Shown here: piece by piece, positions 10,512 to 19,838 of the stretch
How the letters are laid out: each line of letters starts with the position of its first letter
How positions within the stretch are numbered: position 1 is the stretch's first letter
NCBI GenBank assembly: GCA_002426645.1
Contig: DIRN01000071.1
Span: 22,107-86,106 of the forward strand
Origin: Firmicutes bacterium UBA5435
Lineage (GTDB): Bacteria > Bacillota > UBA5435
DNA length: 64,000 nt
Reading direction: 5' to 3'
Notes under the pieces: generated by a model
Told to the model about the DNA's origin: nothing
The model's database searches: none
What the model saw: the letters and a program-made list of their open reading frames with translations, nothing else
Translations under genes and position numbers: made by a program

Positions 10512-11681
10512 TTATTCGTATTTAATTCCAGAATTCTTTAATCGCGTTAAAGCTTCTTTTAAACGGTCATCTGGGACAGTAAGGGATATACGGAAATACC
10601 CTTCTCCATGTTGACCATATCCTATACCAGGAGTTATAACTACTCCAGTCTCATCAAAGACTTTTTCGACAAAGTCTATTGACTTATATCCTGCAGGCAC
10701 TGGAGCCCATATATAGATAGTAGCCTTTGGAGACTTTATATTGCACCCTAAAGAGTTTAGCGTCTCTACTATGAGATCTCGTCTCTTTCTATATATATCA
10801 CAGAACCCTTCAACTGATTCGTTAGGTCCTTTGAGACCAGCTATAGCTGCATACTGAACTGCCTGGAAAACACCTGAATCGATATTAGTCTTAAGTCTTC
10901 TAAGCGGTTCGATGATGTCTTTAGCCCCCGCTGCCCATCCGATTCGCCAACCAGTCATATTATATGTCTTTGATGGTGAACCAAATTCGATCCCAACATC
11001 TTTGGCTCCTTCAACTTGAAGGAAACTTATGGGTTTAGGCCCTTCATAAGCTATCTCTGTATAAGCAGCATCATGACAAACCACTATATCGTATTCTTTG
11101 GCAAATCTAACCACGTCCTGGAAGAACTCTTCTGTAGCCATAGCTCCTGTAGGATTATTAGGATAATTGAGGAACATTATCTTAGCTTTTTTTGCTATAT
11201 CAACGGGAATGGCACTTAGGTCTGGTAAAAACCCATTCTCCTCTAGTAATGGCATTATATAAGACTCACCGCCTGCAAAGAGAGTACCAGCTGAATAGAC
11301 TGGATATCCTGGATCCGGAACAAGGTTAATATCTCCTGGGTTTGTGAAGCACATAGGCACATGAGCTATACCTTCCTTTGAACCGATAAGAGATACCACT
11401 TCTTCCTCAGGATCTACTTCTACTCCAAATCGTCTCTTATACCAATCAGCCACTGCCTCTCTAAAACTAGTCAGTCCCTGTGAAGATGGATACTGATGGT
11501 TTGCAGGATTTCTAGCCTCTTTGCAGAGCTCATCTACTATATAATCTGGCGTGGGCATATCTGGATCTCCAATACCCAAGCTTATTATATCCTTCCCTGC
11601 CTTCTTAGCATCATCAATCTTCTTCTCGATCTGCGCAAATAGATACGGCGGAAGATTTCGAATTCTTTCAGCCGTCTTCAT
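10512..11681 (-). CDS. dapL: LL-diaminopimelate aminotransferase-like class I/II aminotransferase
   Basis: [10 protein letters not shown]...[10 protein letters not shown]-terminus and an NPTGA region typical of DapL-type enzymes. It lies immediately upstream of dapF. Confidence 0.6.
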   Translation of the reverse strand: MKTAERIRNLPPYLFAQIEKKIDDAKKAGKDIISLGIGDPDMPTPDYIVDELCKEARNPANHQYPSSQGLTSFREAVADWYKRRFGVEVDPEEEVVSLIGSKEGIAHVPMCFTNPGDINLVPDPGYPVYSAGTLFAGGESYIMPLLEENGFLPDLSAIPVDIAKKAKIMFLNYPNNPTGAMATEEFFQDVVRFAKEYDIVVCHDAAYTEIAYEGPKPISFLQVEGAKDVGIEFGSPSKTYNMTGWRIGWAAGAKDIIEPLRRLKTNIDSGVFQAVQYAAIAGLKGPNESVEGFCDIYRKRRDLIVETLNSLGCNIKSPKATIYIWAPVPAGYKSIDFVEKVFDETGVVITPGIGYGQHGEGYFRISLTVPDDRLKEALTRLKNSGIKYE

Positions 11682-11732
11682 AAATCATCACCTTTCTTCG
11701 TATGTTACTTTGATAGAATCATAACTTGTATG

Positions 11733-12578
11733 TTAAAGGAGGAATTCCCCCTCAAAGACTTCAGTGGCTGGACCGGACATATAAACGTGTCCGTCTTCCT
11801 TCCATTCGATAAATAGATCTCCACCATCTAGGTGTACCCATATACTCCTGCCAGTCTTCTTATTTAATATAGAGGCTACTGTAGAAGCGCACGCTCCAGT
11901 ACCACAGGCTAATGTAACTCCAGCACCTCGTTCCCATACTTTCATCCTTATCTCATTCTCAGATAAGACCTGAATGAATTCAACATTAGTTTTCTTAGGG
12001 AATATAGGATGGGTCTCTATAATAGAACCTACCTCTTCTACATTTATTTCCTCTAAATTCTCTACAAAGATTACCGCATGAGGATTCCCCATAGAGACAC
12101 ATGTAATATTAAATGTAGTACCATTAACGTCTAATCTACCGTCTATAACCCTATCATTATCCCATATTACAGGTATATCTTCCTTTGATAAAGCGGGGAT
12201 TCCCATATCTACAGTGACCATCTCTACTTTATCCCCTGCAAGTTTCAGTGTAACTACTTTTATTCCACCTAGAGTCTCTATGCTTATCTCTTTTTTGGAA
12301 GTGATGCCTTTCTCATATACATATTTAGCAAAACATCTTATGGCATTGCCGCACATCTCAGGCTCACTACCATCAGGGTTAAAGATTCTCATTCTAAAAT
12401 CTGCCTTCTTTGATGGTAATACAAGAATAAGCCCATCTGCCCCTATCCCAAAGTGCCTATCACACATTTTACGAGCTAGCTCAGGCAAATCTTTTGGTAT
12501 TTCCTTTGAAATCCCTGAATCGATTAGATCGATGAAAACAAAATCATTTCCAAGTCCATGCATCTTGATAAATTTCAT
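11733..12578 (-). CDS. dapF: diaminopimelate epimerase
   Basis: MKFIKMHGLGNDFVFID start, GNPHAV motif, and two catalytic Cys regions. Confidence 0.85.
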   Translation of the reverse strand: MKFIKMHGLGNDFVFIDLIDSGISKEIPKDLPELARKMCDRHFGIGADGLILVLPSKKADFRMRIFNPDGSEPEMCGNAIRCFAKYVYEKGITSKKEISIETLGGIKVVTLKLAGDKVEMVTVDMGIPALSKEDIPVIWDNDRVIDGRLDVNGTTFNITCVSMGNPHAVIFVENLEEINVEEVGSIIETHPIFPKKTNVEFIQVLSENEIRMKVWERGAGVTLACGTGACASTVASILNKKTGRSIWVHLDGGDLFIEWKEDGHVYMSGPATEVFEGEFLL

Positions 12579-12783
12579 AAAGCTTACACCTCCAGTTCAT
12601 CTCTTAATTATTCGACAAGAATCATACAAATCCTCCTTTAAATTGCTATAACACTTTTAAAATAGTATAACCTTTTAAATTGATATCCTCTCCTTTATAG
12701 TAATAATCCACAGGATATAGAGTTATTTTCGTTAAATTACCAAGCTACATCTTTAAACCATGGTTTATCCATATATTTATCCC

Positions 12784-12812
12784 TTGACATCTATGGTTTA
12801 AAGAGGCATAAT
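12784..12812 (+). promoter_or_regulatory. sigma-A type promoter for the T-box leader
   Basis: TTGACA (12784-12789), 17 nt spacer, CATAAT (12807-12812). An adjacent palindrome TAAACCATGGTTTA at 12755-12768 is partly repeated in the spacer. Confidence 0.5.
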
Positions 12813-12829
12813 AATGGGAAGATCATATA

Positions 12830-13125
12830 TGTTAAAGACGATGAAGGGGAAGATGGGCAATAACCGAGTTGCAGCGAGTCAGGGATAGTGTGAGCCTGAT
12901 AACAACGGAGTGCTGAAATTCGCCCCAGAGTCACTGATTGAAAAGGCGCTCTTCTATAGAGTCCTTAGTAGGTTAAGTCGGTTTCTCCTCCCGTTATTGA
13001 GGAGAGGGTATCGGAGAGCTGTGCGCTGTCCCGTACCTTACATGAGACTTCGTCTTTCATGACGAAATTGAGGTGGTACCGCGGGAATATCTTCTCGTCC
13101 TCTAAAGGATGAGAAGATTTTTTTA
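12830..13125 (+). promoter_or_regulatory. T-box riboswitch leader with intrinsic terminator
   Basis: Canonical T-box sequence AATTGAGGTGGTACCGCGG at 13066-13084. A stem I-like region has a GA motif and an AGTGTGA distal loop. A 12-bp terminator hairpin at 13089-13118 is followed by T7 (13119-13125). Confidence 0.75.
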
Positions 13126-13199
13126 TTTATTATACTCCGAAGGTGGGAAAGGAGGGATTAGCGGTTACTCCAATTAAGGAGCTTTAACCGCCATATTCA

Positions 13200-14513
13200 A
13201 TGAATAGTCAAGTAGTATACTGGAATAAAGATGTAGAGTGTATGCCGCGTGAAAAGTTAGAGGCATTACAGCTTGAACGATTAAAGAAACTCGTAAAGAG
13301 AGTGTATGAGAAGGTTCCTTTTTACAAACAGGCTTTTAAAGATGCAGGTGTTAAAGTAGAAGATCTTCAAAAGCTATCTGATCTCGAGAATTTTCCCTTT
13401 ACTACTAAGAATGATTTAAGGGATAATTATCCTTTTAATCTCTTTGCAGAAGATATTAATAATCTAGTCAGGATCCATTGTTCATCAGGGACTACTGGTA
13501 AACCTACTGTTGTTGGTTATACACGGAATGATATCGATGTATGGGCTGAAGTAACAGCAAGGTCTATAGGATGTGCAGGAGGAACCTCAAAAGATATCCT
13601 TCAGGTTGCCTATGGATACGGTCTCTTCACAGGAGGACTAGGTCTTCACTATGGAGGAGAAAAGGTTGGAGCTGCAGTTATCCCTATCTCAGGAGGCAAT
13701 ACTAAACGACAGCTTATGCTCATGGAAGACTTCGGAAGTACTATAATAGCTTGTACTCCATCTTATGCTTTGTATCTAGCAGAATCTTTGCGCGAAGCCG
13801 GAATCGATAGAAACAGATTAAAATTGCGTGTAGGAATCTTAGGAGCTGAACCTTGGTCTGATAATATGCGACAAGAGATAGAAGAAAAATTCCAGATTGA
13901 TGCGATAGATATTTATGGATTGAGTGAGATTATGGGTCCAGGTGTAGCATGCGAATGCCTTGAAAAGAAAGGTCTACATGTCTTTGAAGATCACTTTATA
14001 CCCGAGATTATTGATCCTCAGAACGGAAGGCGTCTTCCTCCAGGTGAATTAGGAGAATTAGTCTTTACTACTTTAACTAAAGAAGCTCTTCCTTTGATTC
14101 GCTATAGGACACGAGATATAACAAGGCTTATAGAAACAGAGTGTGAATGTGGCCGTACTCATGTTAAGATAGACAGGATAAGTGGTAGAACAGATGATAT
14201 GTTAATCATACGTGGAGTTAATGTCTTCCCTTCACAGATCGAGTCTGTGCTCTTAAGTATTGGTGGAGCAGAACCCCACTATCAACTAATAGTAGATCGA
14301 GCGCGTGCACTTGATCAACTTGAAATAAAAGTGGAAGTTTCAGAAGCTCTCTTCTCTGACGAAGTCCGGAAACTCGAAGCCTTACAATCTAAGATAGAAC
14401 GTGAAATAGAACACGTTTTAGGCATTTCAGTTTCAGTAACTTTAGTTGAGCCTAAAACTATCCCACGAAGTGAAGGAAAAGCCCAAAGAATAATAGATAA
14501 ACGTAAATTGTAA
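13200..14513 (+). CDS. phenylacetate-CoA ligase (PaaK) family adenylate-forming enzyme
   Basis: [19 protein letters not shown]-terminus and [12 protein letters not shown]-binding P-loop. 437 aa. Confidence 0.8.
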   Translation: MNSQVVYWNKDVECMPREKLEALQLERLKKLVKRVYEKVPFYKQAFKDAGVKVEDLQKLSDLENFPFTTKNDLRDNYPFNLFAEDINNLVRIHCSSGTTGKPTVVGYTRNDIDVWAEVTARSIGCAGGTSKDILQVAYGYGLFTGGLGLHYGGEKVGAAVIPISGGNTKRQLMLMEDFGSTIIACTPSYALYLAESLREAGIDRNRLKLRVGILGAEPWSDNMRQEIEEKFQIDAIDIYGLSEIMGPGVACECLEKKGLHVFEDHFIPEIIDPQNGRRLPPGELGELVFTTLTKEALPLIRYRTRDITRLIETECECGRTHVKIDRISGRTDDMLIIRGVNVFPSQIESVLLSIGGAEPHYQLIVDRARALDQLEIKVEVSEALFSDEVRKLEALQSKIEREIEHVLGISVSVTLVEPKTIPRSEGKAQRIIDKRKL

Positions 14514-14569
14514 TTTTAGAAGGACTTCTTCGCCACATGCAGAAATATTTAATTAAGGAGGGATAGGCT

Positions 14570-15001
14570 ATGACAGTCACTCAGATATCAGTGTTTCTGG
14601 AAAATAAGTGTGGAAGGTTAGCAAAAGTAGCTAGCGTACTAGGGGGAAATAATATAAATATCCGCGCACTTTCTATAGCTGATACATCAGATTTTGGTAT
14701 ATTAAGACTTATAGTTGATGATCCCCAGCGTTCTATTGAGGTTTTAAAGGCAGAAGGTTTTGCAGTTAGTGAAACTGACGTAATAGCAGTGAAAGTCCAG
14801 GATAAACCTGGCGGCTTGGCAGAGTGCTTAAAGACCTTTAACGGATGTGGTGCTAATATTGAATACATGTATGCGTTTGTAGGTAGTTTCCAGAAGAATG
14901 CTATAGTTATCTTTAAAGTTGAAGATGTTCATCATATAGGTAAACTTCTACAAGAGGCTGGTATGAGACTCCTTACTACTGAGGAACTCTCGCTCATCTA
15001 A
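14570..15001 (+). CDS. ACT domain protein
   Basis: 143 aa. Two ACT-like repeats (ISVFLENKCGRL..., IAVKVQDKPGGL...). RBS AGGAGGG upstream. Confidence 0.7.
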   Translation: MTVTQISVFLENKCGRLAKVASVLGGNNINIRALSIADTSDFGILRLIVDDPQRSIEVLKAEGFAVSETDVIAVKVQDKPGGLAECLKTFNGCGANIEYMYAFVGSFQKNAIVIFKVEDVHHIGKLLQEAGMRLLTTEELSLI

Positions 15002-15007
15002 TTCTCC

Positions 15008-15034
15008 GTACCCCCGCCTAAAAGGCGGGGGTAC
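15008..15034. terminator. bidirectional intrinsic terminator between convergent genes
   Basis: Perfect hairpin GTACCCCCGCC-TAAAA-GGCGGGGGTAC between the ACT gene (plus strand) and hisG (minus strand). Confidence 0.55.
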
Positions 15035-15039
15035 TGTAT

Positions 15040-15927
15040 CTATCGTACAACTTTACTTATTGGTAATTCGATTATATCCTCAGCACCTAAACGCTTTAAC
15101 TTTGGTATGAGCACGTTTATTCCGTCTTTTTGAACGACTGATTCAACTGCGTAATACTGGGTTCCTTCCGTCATGAGCTGTGAGACAGTTGGTGCCTTCA
15201 TAGCAGGAATGGCGTTGATTAAATCATCTAAGCATTCCTTCCTAACATTGAGCTTAATGAGTACCTTACCCCGAGCTTCAAGTGTTCCCTGTAGTAATGT
15301 GTTTAACTCATCTATAGCTATGCGTTTCTCCGGATCTTCATAGCTAGCTTTATTAGCTATAAGCTTTGTAGAAGAGACTACTATCTCCCCGATTATCTTA
15401 AGGTTATTAGCGCGTAATGTTTCGCCTTTTTCAGTTAACTCTACAGCCACATCATAGATCTCAGGGACCTTAGCTTCGGTAGTTCCATATGAGAATTCTA
15501 CTTTAACCGGTATATTTAAACTCTTAAAGTACTTTTCTGTTAGATTAACGTACTCAGTAGTCACTTTACTGCCTGCAGGGATATCTTCTGGTCGCTGAAA
15601 AGGCGAATCATTGGATACTGCTACTACTATTCTCACTGGTTTATTTGACCCCCGACTATAAGGTAGGTCAGCAATTTGAACTACTTTATCCTGACAATCG
15701 CGTTCTAATACCCAGTCAAGTCCTGCAATACCTAAATCAAAAAGGCCTGCTCCTACATATATGGGTATTTCCTGAGGACGCATTAGACGAACTTCAGCTA
15801 TTCTTGGATCATCAATCTTCGCTTGATAACTACGGCTTCCGAGAGAGGTCACAGGTAAATTCGCCCCTTCGAACATTTCAAATGTAGGCTTCTCTAAACT
15901 GCCTGTAGGTAAAAGTAACTTTAACAT
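15040..15927 (-). CDS. hisG: ATP phosphoribosyltransferase, long form
   Basis: MLKLLLPTGSL...LFDLGIAGLDWVLE core, plus a C-terminal regulatory domain ending LKRLGAEDIIELPISKV, which is similar to the E. coli HisG tail. 295 aa. Confidence 0.7.
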   Translation of the reverse strand: MLKLLLPTGSLEKPTFEMFEGANLPVTSLGSRSYQAKIDDPRIAEVRLMRPQEIPIYVGAGLFDLGIAGLDWVLERDCQDKVVQIADLPYSRGSNKPVRIVVAVSNDSPFQRPEDIPAGSKVTTEYVNLTEKYFKSLNIPVKVEFSYGTTEAKVPEIYDVAVELTEKGETLRANNLKIIGEIVVSSTKLIANKASYEDPEKRIAIDELNTLLQGTLEARGKVLIKLNVRKECLDDLINAIPAMKAPTVSQLMTEGTQYYAVESVVQKDGINVLIPKLKRLGAEDIIELPISKVVR

Positions 15928-16043
15928 CGTTTTCCTCCTTCTATGAATGCATTTATTATTACCGGGCAGAACACCCCCTCTTCAAGAAGTAGGTGATGAA
16001 CGTCCGAGGCAGTTTTTTAAGAGAACTGCCAAACTCGTACTTT

Positions 16044-17360
16044 CTAAGAAGTATTCTTTAACTGCATAGAGTCCTTAAGTTTGATGAGACGTACCTTTTG
16101 GATCTTCCGTCTCGCTACACTCTCTGCAACTAATTTATAACCTTCTTCTTCTAATAGCGCTGTCTCACCTTTATCTGGTACTCTTCCTATTAAAGTATAT
16201 AAAAGTCCGCCTATGGTAGTGAATTCACCTTCTGGTAACTCTAAATCTAGAAGGTCGTTTATATCATCAATGGTCATACGTCCATCAATAATATAATCCC
16301 CATTAGGCTTCATCACCATTTGTTCCTCTTCATCATAGTCGTACTCGTCTCTGATCTCTCCTACTATCTCTTCAATTAGGTCTTCCATTGTTACTAAACC
16401 AGCTGTGCCACCAAATTCATCTAGAACTATAGTCATATAGAAATGTTTCTCTTTTAGCTCGTTCAGCAAATCCCTGGCACTCTTTGTCTCAGGAACGTAA
16501 TGAACGGGTCTTAAAAAGTCACAGAGAACGTCTGAATTCTTTTTATCAAATATAGCGAGGAGATCTTTAACACATACGATCCCTATTATGTTGTCAACTG
16601 TTCCATCGTAAACGGGTATGCGAGAAAAACCCACTTCTAACGCTATATCTACTACTTGAAGAGGAGTATCTTCTTTATTAACACATACTATATCTACTCT
16701 GGGAACCATTATATCTCTAACTATAGTGGTATCAGACTCTAGTACAGCCTCTATCATCTCTTCCTCGTATTCGTCTACTTCTCCCTCTTCTTTACCAATA
16801 GTGATCATTGTTAAGATAGCATCTTCAGTTATAAGCGTATCACTATTTGGCTTGCCCATAACTCTCAAGAGGAGCCTAGGGATAACCTCAAAGGGTATGG
16901 ATAACGGCAAGAGAATAATATAGATTACTCTCAAAACTTTAGCTATTGAAAGCGAGATCTTCTTCGGGTTTCTCGCTGCATAAGTCTTAGGTAATACTTC
17001 AGCAAATATCAGTACTAGAACTACCATTATAGATGCTGATATTATTGGTCCAGCACTTCCAAAGAGGTTCAGTTCTTTTGTAAGGCTGGTCATCATAACT
17101 GTCCCAAAGACCATAGCTAGGTTAGTTCCTGTTAACAATATCCCTAACAATCGCTCCTTCTGCTCTAGCATTTTATCGATTATACGGGCTGAGGAGCTTC
17201 CGTCTTCTACCAAAGCCTTTATCTTCAGAGGATCTACTGCAAATAGAGCAGTTTCCGCACCTGCGAAAAACCCCGTAAACCCTAGAGAAAGAGCTATAAG
17301 ACCAATTTGAATAAAATTATATGACGTTAACATGTTCGCTGTATCCCCCTTTCTAACCAC
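16044..17360 (-). CDS. CNNM/CorC-HlyC family membrane protein (DUF21 + CBS pair + CorC_HlyC)
   Basis: N-terminal 4-TM DUF21, two CBS motifs, and a C-terminal transporter-associated domain. 438 aa. Confidence 0.75.
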   Translation of the reverse strand: MVRKGDTANMLTSYNFIQIGLIALSLGFTGFFAGAETALFAVDPLKIKALVEDGSSSARIIDKMLEQKERLLGILLTGTNLAMVFGTVMMTSLTKELNLFGSAGPIISASIMVVLVLIFAEVLPKTYAARNPKKISLSIAKVLRVIYIILLPLSIPFEVIPRLLLRVMGKPNSDTLITEDAILTMITIGKEEGEVDEYEEEMIEAVLESDTTIVRDIMVPRVDIVCVNKEDTPLQVVDIALEVGFSRIPVYDGTVDNIIGIVCVKDLLAIFDKKNSDVLCDFLRPVHYVPETKSARDLLNELKEKHFYMTIVLDEFGGTAGLVTMEDLIEEIVGEIRDEYDYDEEEQMVMKPNGDYIIDGRMTIDDINDLLDLELPEGEFTTIGGLLYTLIGRVPDKGETALLEEEGYKLVAESVARRKIQKVRLIKLKDSMQLKNTS

Positions 17361-18400
17361 GTCTTTGATGCTACAGGGGAGCGATCGTGTTCGTCATCTA
17401 TGTCACCGACAATAGCCTCTAGTAAGTCTTCAAGTGTGACAAGTCCTAAAATCCGTCCTTTTGGATCCGTTACAAAACACATATGAACCCTTTTCATTTG
17501 AAGTTCCTTTAAAAGCATCCTTACTGGCTTATCAGGAAAACAAAAGTAAGGGGGTCGCATTATCTTTCGTAATGGTATATCCTTTTCTCCTCTTCTTAAA
17601 TGTAAGAGAAGATCCTTAGCATATACTATACCAATAACCTTGTCGATTGTTCCTTGGTAAATGGGTATCCGCGATATCCCTTCAGAGAATATTACCTTTA
17701 GCGCATCTGAAATCCCCGCACTATCTCGAAGTGCTATAATGCGTTCCCTAGGTATCATTATTCTAGCCACTGGGATATCTTCGTTATCAAAGATACGATA
17801 TATCATATCTTTTTCCTCTTCTTCTAATGTCCCATCTTCTTCCCCAAGGGCTACTGCGGTTTTTATAGTCTCTTCAGTTACGCTCTCTTCCCCTGAATCT
17901 TTCTCTTCTGAGAACCATCGTCGCACTGTTTTACTGAACAATTGCAACGCCCATACAAAAGGCTTAAGGATGTATCTCATGATTTTTATAGGAATAGAAG
18001 AGTAGATACACCATTGCTCAGGATAATATGCAGCCACTACTTTTGGTGTGATCTCTCCAAACGTCAAGAGAAGGAACGTACTGAGGGCAGTAGCAAGCAA
18101 CTCAGCCGCTTCCTTAGTGAAATTCACCAAGAAGCTTAAGCTTAAGCTCGTGACAAGGCTAGTTAGAAAAATATTGACTATTGTATTGCCCACCAATATG
18201 GTGGAAAGAAGTTTATCCGTATCTGACAATAAATCCCGAATGTCGTTAGCTCTCCTAACGCCACGCTCGATCATTTGTCGTGCTCTAATAGCACCTAAAG
18301 TTATGAATGCAGTCTCTGAACCTGAACACAAAGAAGAAACTGTTAACAGGAAAAGAGTTAACAACACCACCGGCAAGGTACTACTGGCAGGGTCGTCCAC
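17327..18400 (-). CDS. DUF21/CBS-domain membrane protein (CNNM-like, shorter paralog)
   Basis: A TM DUF21 N-terminus and a CBS pair. It overlaps the downstream paralog by 34 nt. Confidence 0.7.
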   Translation of the reverse strand: MDDPASSTLPVVLLTLFLLTVSSLCSGSETAFITLGAIRARQMIERGVRRANDIRDLLSDTDKLLSTILVGNTIVNIFLTSLVTSLSLSFLVNFTKEAAELLATALSTFLLLTFGEITPKVVAAYYPEQWCIYSSIPIKIMRYILKPFVWALQLFSKTVRRWFSEEKDSGEESVTEETIKTAVALGEEDGTLEEEEKDMIYRIFDNEDIPVARIMIPRERIIALRDSAGISDALKVIFSEGISRIPIYQGTIDKVIGIVYAKDLLLHLRRGEKDIPLRKIMRPPYFCFPDKPVRMLLKELQMKRVHMCFVTDPKGRILGLVTLEDLLEAIVGDIDDEHDRSPVASKTWLERGIQRTC

Positions 18401-18592
18401 TTAATATCTCACTCTCCAAGTTAATATAAATTTTTAGCCACACCTGCGGCAAATGAACCTAAAGCACATCCGACGTTTTATCCTACAGGGTCCCACCCCT
18501 TTCTCACCGCCGAAAAGACCACATTGTATTTAACTTTTATATATTATAACACGAAATTATCTTATAAACAAGAGGGATTCAAACCCCAAAAT

Positions 18593-18617
18593 ACAAAAAG
18601 CCATCTAAATTAGATGG
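18593..18617 (-). terminator. intrinsic terminator downstream of tRNA-Leu
   Basis: Minus-strand hairpin CCATCTAA-TTT-AGATGG followed by CTTTTTGTATTTT. Confidence 0.5.
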
Positions 18618-18622
18618 TCTAA

Positions 18623-18709
18623 TGGTGCGGCGAGCGGGAATTGAACCCGCACGGATTTTACTCCACATGCCCCTCAAACATGCCTGTCTGCCTGTTCCAG
18701 CACCGCCGC
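18623..18709 (-). tRNA. tRNA-Leu (anticodon GAG), type II with long variable arm
   Basis: Reverse complement is GCGGCGGTGCTGGAACAGGCAGACAGGCATGTTTGAGGGGCATGTGGAGTAAAATCCGTGCGGGTTCAATTCCCGCTCGCCGCACCA. It folds by hand with a 7-bp acceptor stem, a GG in the D-loop, anticodon stem CATGT/GCATG, loop TTGAGGG (U33, anticodon GAG, G37), T-arm GCGGG-TTCAATT-CCCGC, and an encoded CCA. Confidence 0.8.
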
Positions 18710-18736
18710 ATATTCAATTATCTCGCAACAATTTAT

Positions 18737-18765
18737 ATTATAACCCGTCTTCCCCCACTTGTCAA
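18737..18765 (-). promoter_or_regulatory. sigma-A promoter for tRNA-Leu
   Basis: Minus strand reads TTGACA-17 nt-TATAAT, about 25 nt upstream of the tRNA 5' end. Confidence 0.55.
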
Positions 18766-18807
18766 GAGTCTTTTTCAACTTTTCCACACTACCTCACTCA
18801 ATTTCCT

Positions 18808-19165
18808 CACCCTTCTCCCACATAACAATCCCCTAACGATCGGGTCTATCATTGTAACCCCTGCAATAAAGCGCCAGCTAAACGGAATAGTTTTTGCATG
18901 TTTTTGCGAACCAGTTTACTTTTGGGAAATTTTAGGTTATAATTTCATCTCTTCATTTCTTACCACCACTTTTAGCTGGTCTTTTGTTTTGTGCGAGCCT
19001 CCCTAGGATTTCATGTTTGCTAGAGGTTCGCATTGATGTAAATTTTAGCAATCAACGCCATTGTGTGAAAATAAAGGGCATGGTTAGCACTCAACAACAT
19101 AATCTCTTTAATGATTTAATTCGACATCAACAGGAGGTTTCCTGCATTTATAAAAGTTATAGGTT
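18808..19165. repeat. imperfect direct repeat copy A (about 75 percent identical to 20981-21128, with two insertions)
   Basis: Blocks shared with the other copy: CCTTCTC(C/T)CACA, GGTCTATCATTGTAAC, TAGAGGT, CTCTTTAATGA(T/C)TTAATTCGACATCAA...TTTCCT..ATTTATAAAA. Confidence 0.6.
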
Positions 19166-19249
19166 AATCATATAACAAGTAACTTTTTCTGTATACTAAA
19201 AAAGATACCGTGGAAGTCCCAAGACCCGTGGAATTCAAGGTGGCAATTC

Positions 19250-19830
19250 TATCCTAATGTTTAGAAAACAGTTTAAATACTCCCAAAATTGAGTTTAAGT
19301 CATGAGCTTCTTTTGATTACGTCTGTTCATCGATTTAGATGTTAGCTTGCATACACGTTTATAGAACACCTTAAGCATAGCACCTAGCACTTTCCACCAC
19401 TCCTTAAGTTTGACCATATTCCTTATGGATCTTAACCAGTCATTTGTTTCCTTGAGCTTTACGCAGACTTCTTGAGTTGGGTTTTTGCCCCTATTTTAAA
19501 GTTCCCCTTACGTGTTTCATCATAGTAGTATGTAAATCTTAGGAAATCAAAGTTATCTGATTTCGTTCCATCTTCTCTTTCGACAGATCAAGACCAAACT
19601 TGTCAAGCTATTTTTCAAGCAGTTTAAGTATTCTCTTTGCATCATCCTTTTGTTATATCAAAATCATAAACCGTCACAGTATCTTATTAGCTTCACATAT
19701 CCCATAATATTATTCTTTTTCTTCTTCTCAAACTATAGTATGAGAAGTCGTGAAAGTTCTATTTATATATCGCATTCAATATCCTTGCTAACCCCTTCTG
19801 CACTATCTTATCTGCCAATGCGGGTATACC
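19250..19830 (-). pseudogene. degenerate reverse-transcriptase/maturase remnant (group II-intron-type RT fossil)
   Basis: Hand translation of the minus strand gives ADKIVQKGLARILNAIYK*NFHDFSY (RT domain 0/1, VVQ..L..ILEPI..F..SYGFRP pattern). Farther downstream it gives GLDLSKEKMERNQI / FDFLGFTYYY (RT domain 7, LSEEKTKI..FDFLGF pattern). Domains 2-6 are deleted and there are multiple stops. Confidence 0.4.
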
Positions 19831-19838
19831 CAACGGCC

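Noticed and set aside
16001-16022. Hairpin GGCAGTT-N9-AACTGCC downstream of the CNNM gene as a terminator
   Set aside because: No U-tract follows on the transcribed (minus) strand, so it is not a convincing intrinsic terminator.
18622-19006. Plus-strand ORFs 18622-18825 and 18641-19006 overlapping tRNA-Leu and its promoter
   Set aside because: The region is occupied by a well-folded minus-strand tRNA with its promoter and terminator. The ORFs have no RBS and run through repeat copy A.
18808-19250. Search for group II intron domain V/VI downstream of the RT fossil
   Set aside because: No GAGC...GTTC-type 34-nt domain V hairpin could be recognised by eye in the minus-strand sequence. The intron-RNA interpretation of the repeats is left open rather than claimed.
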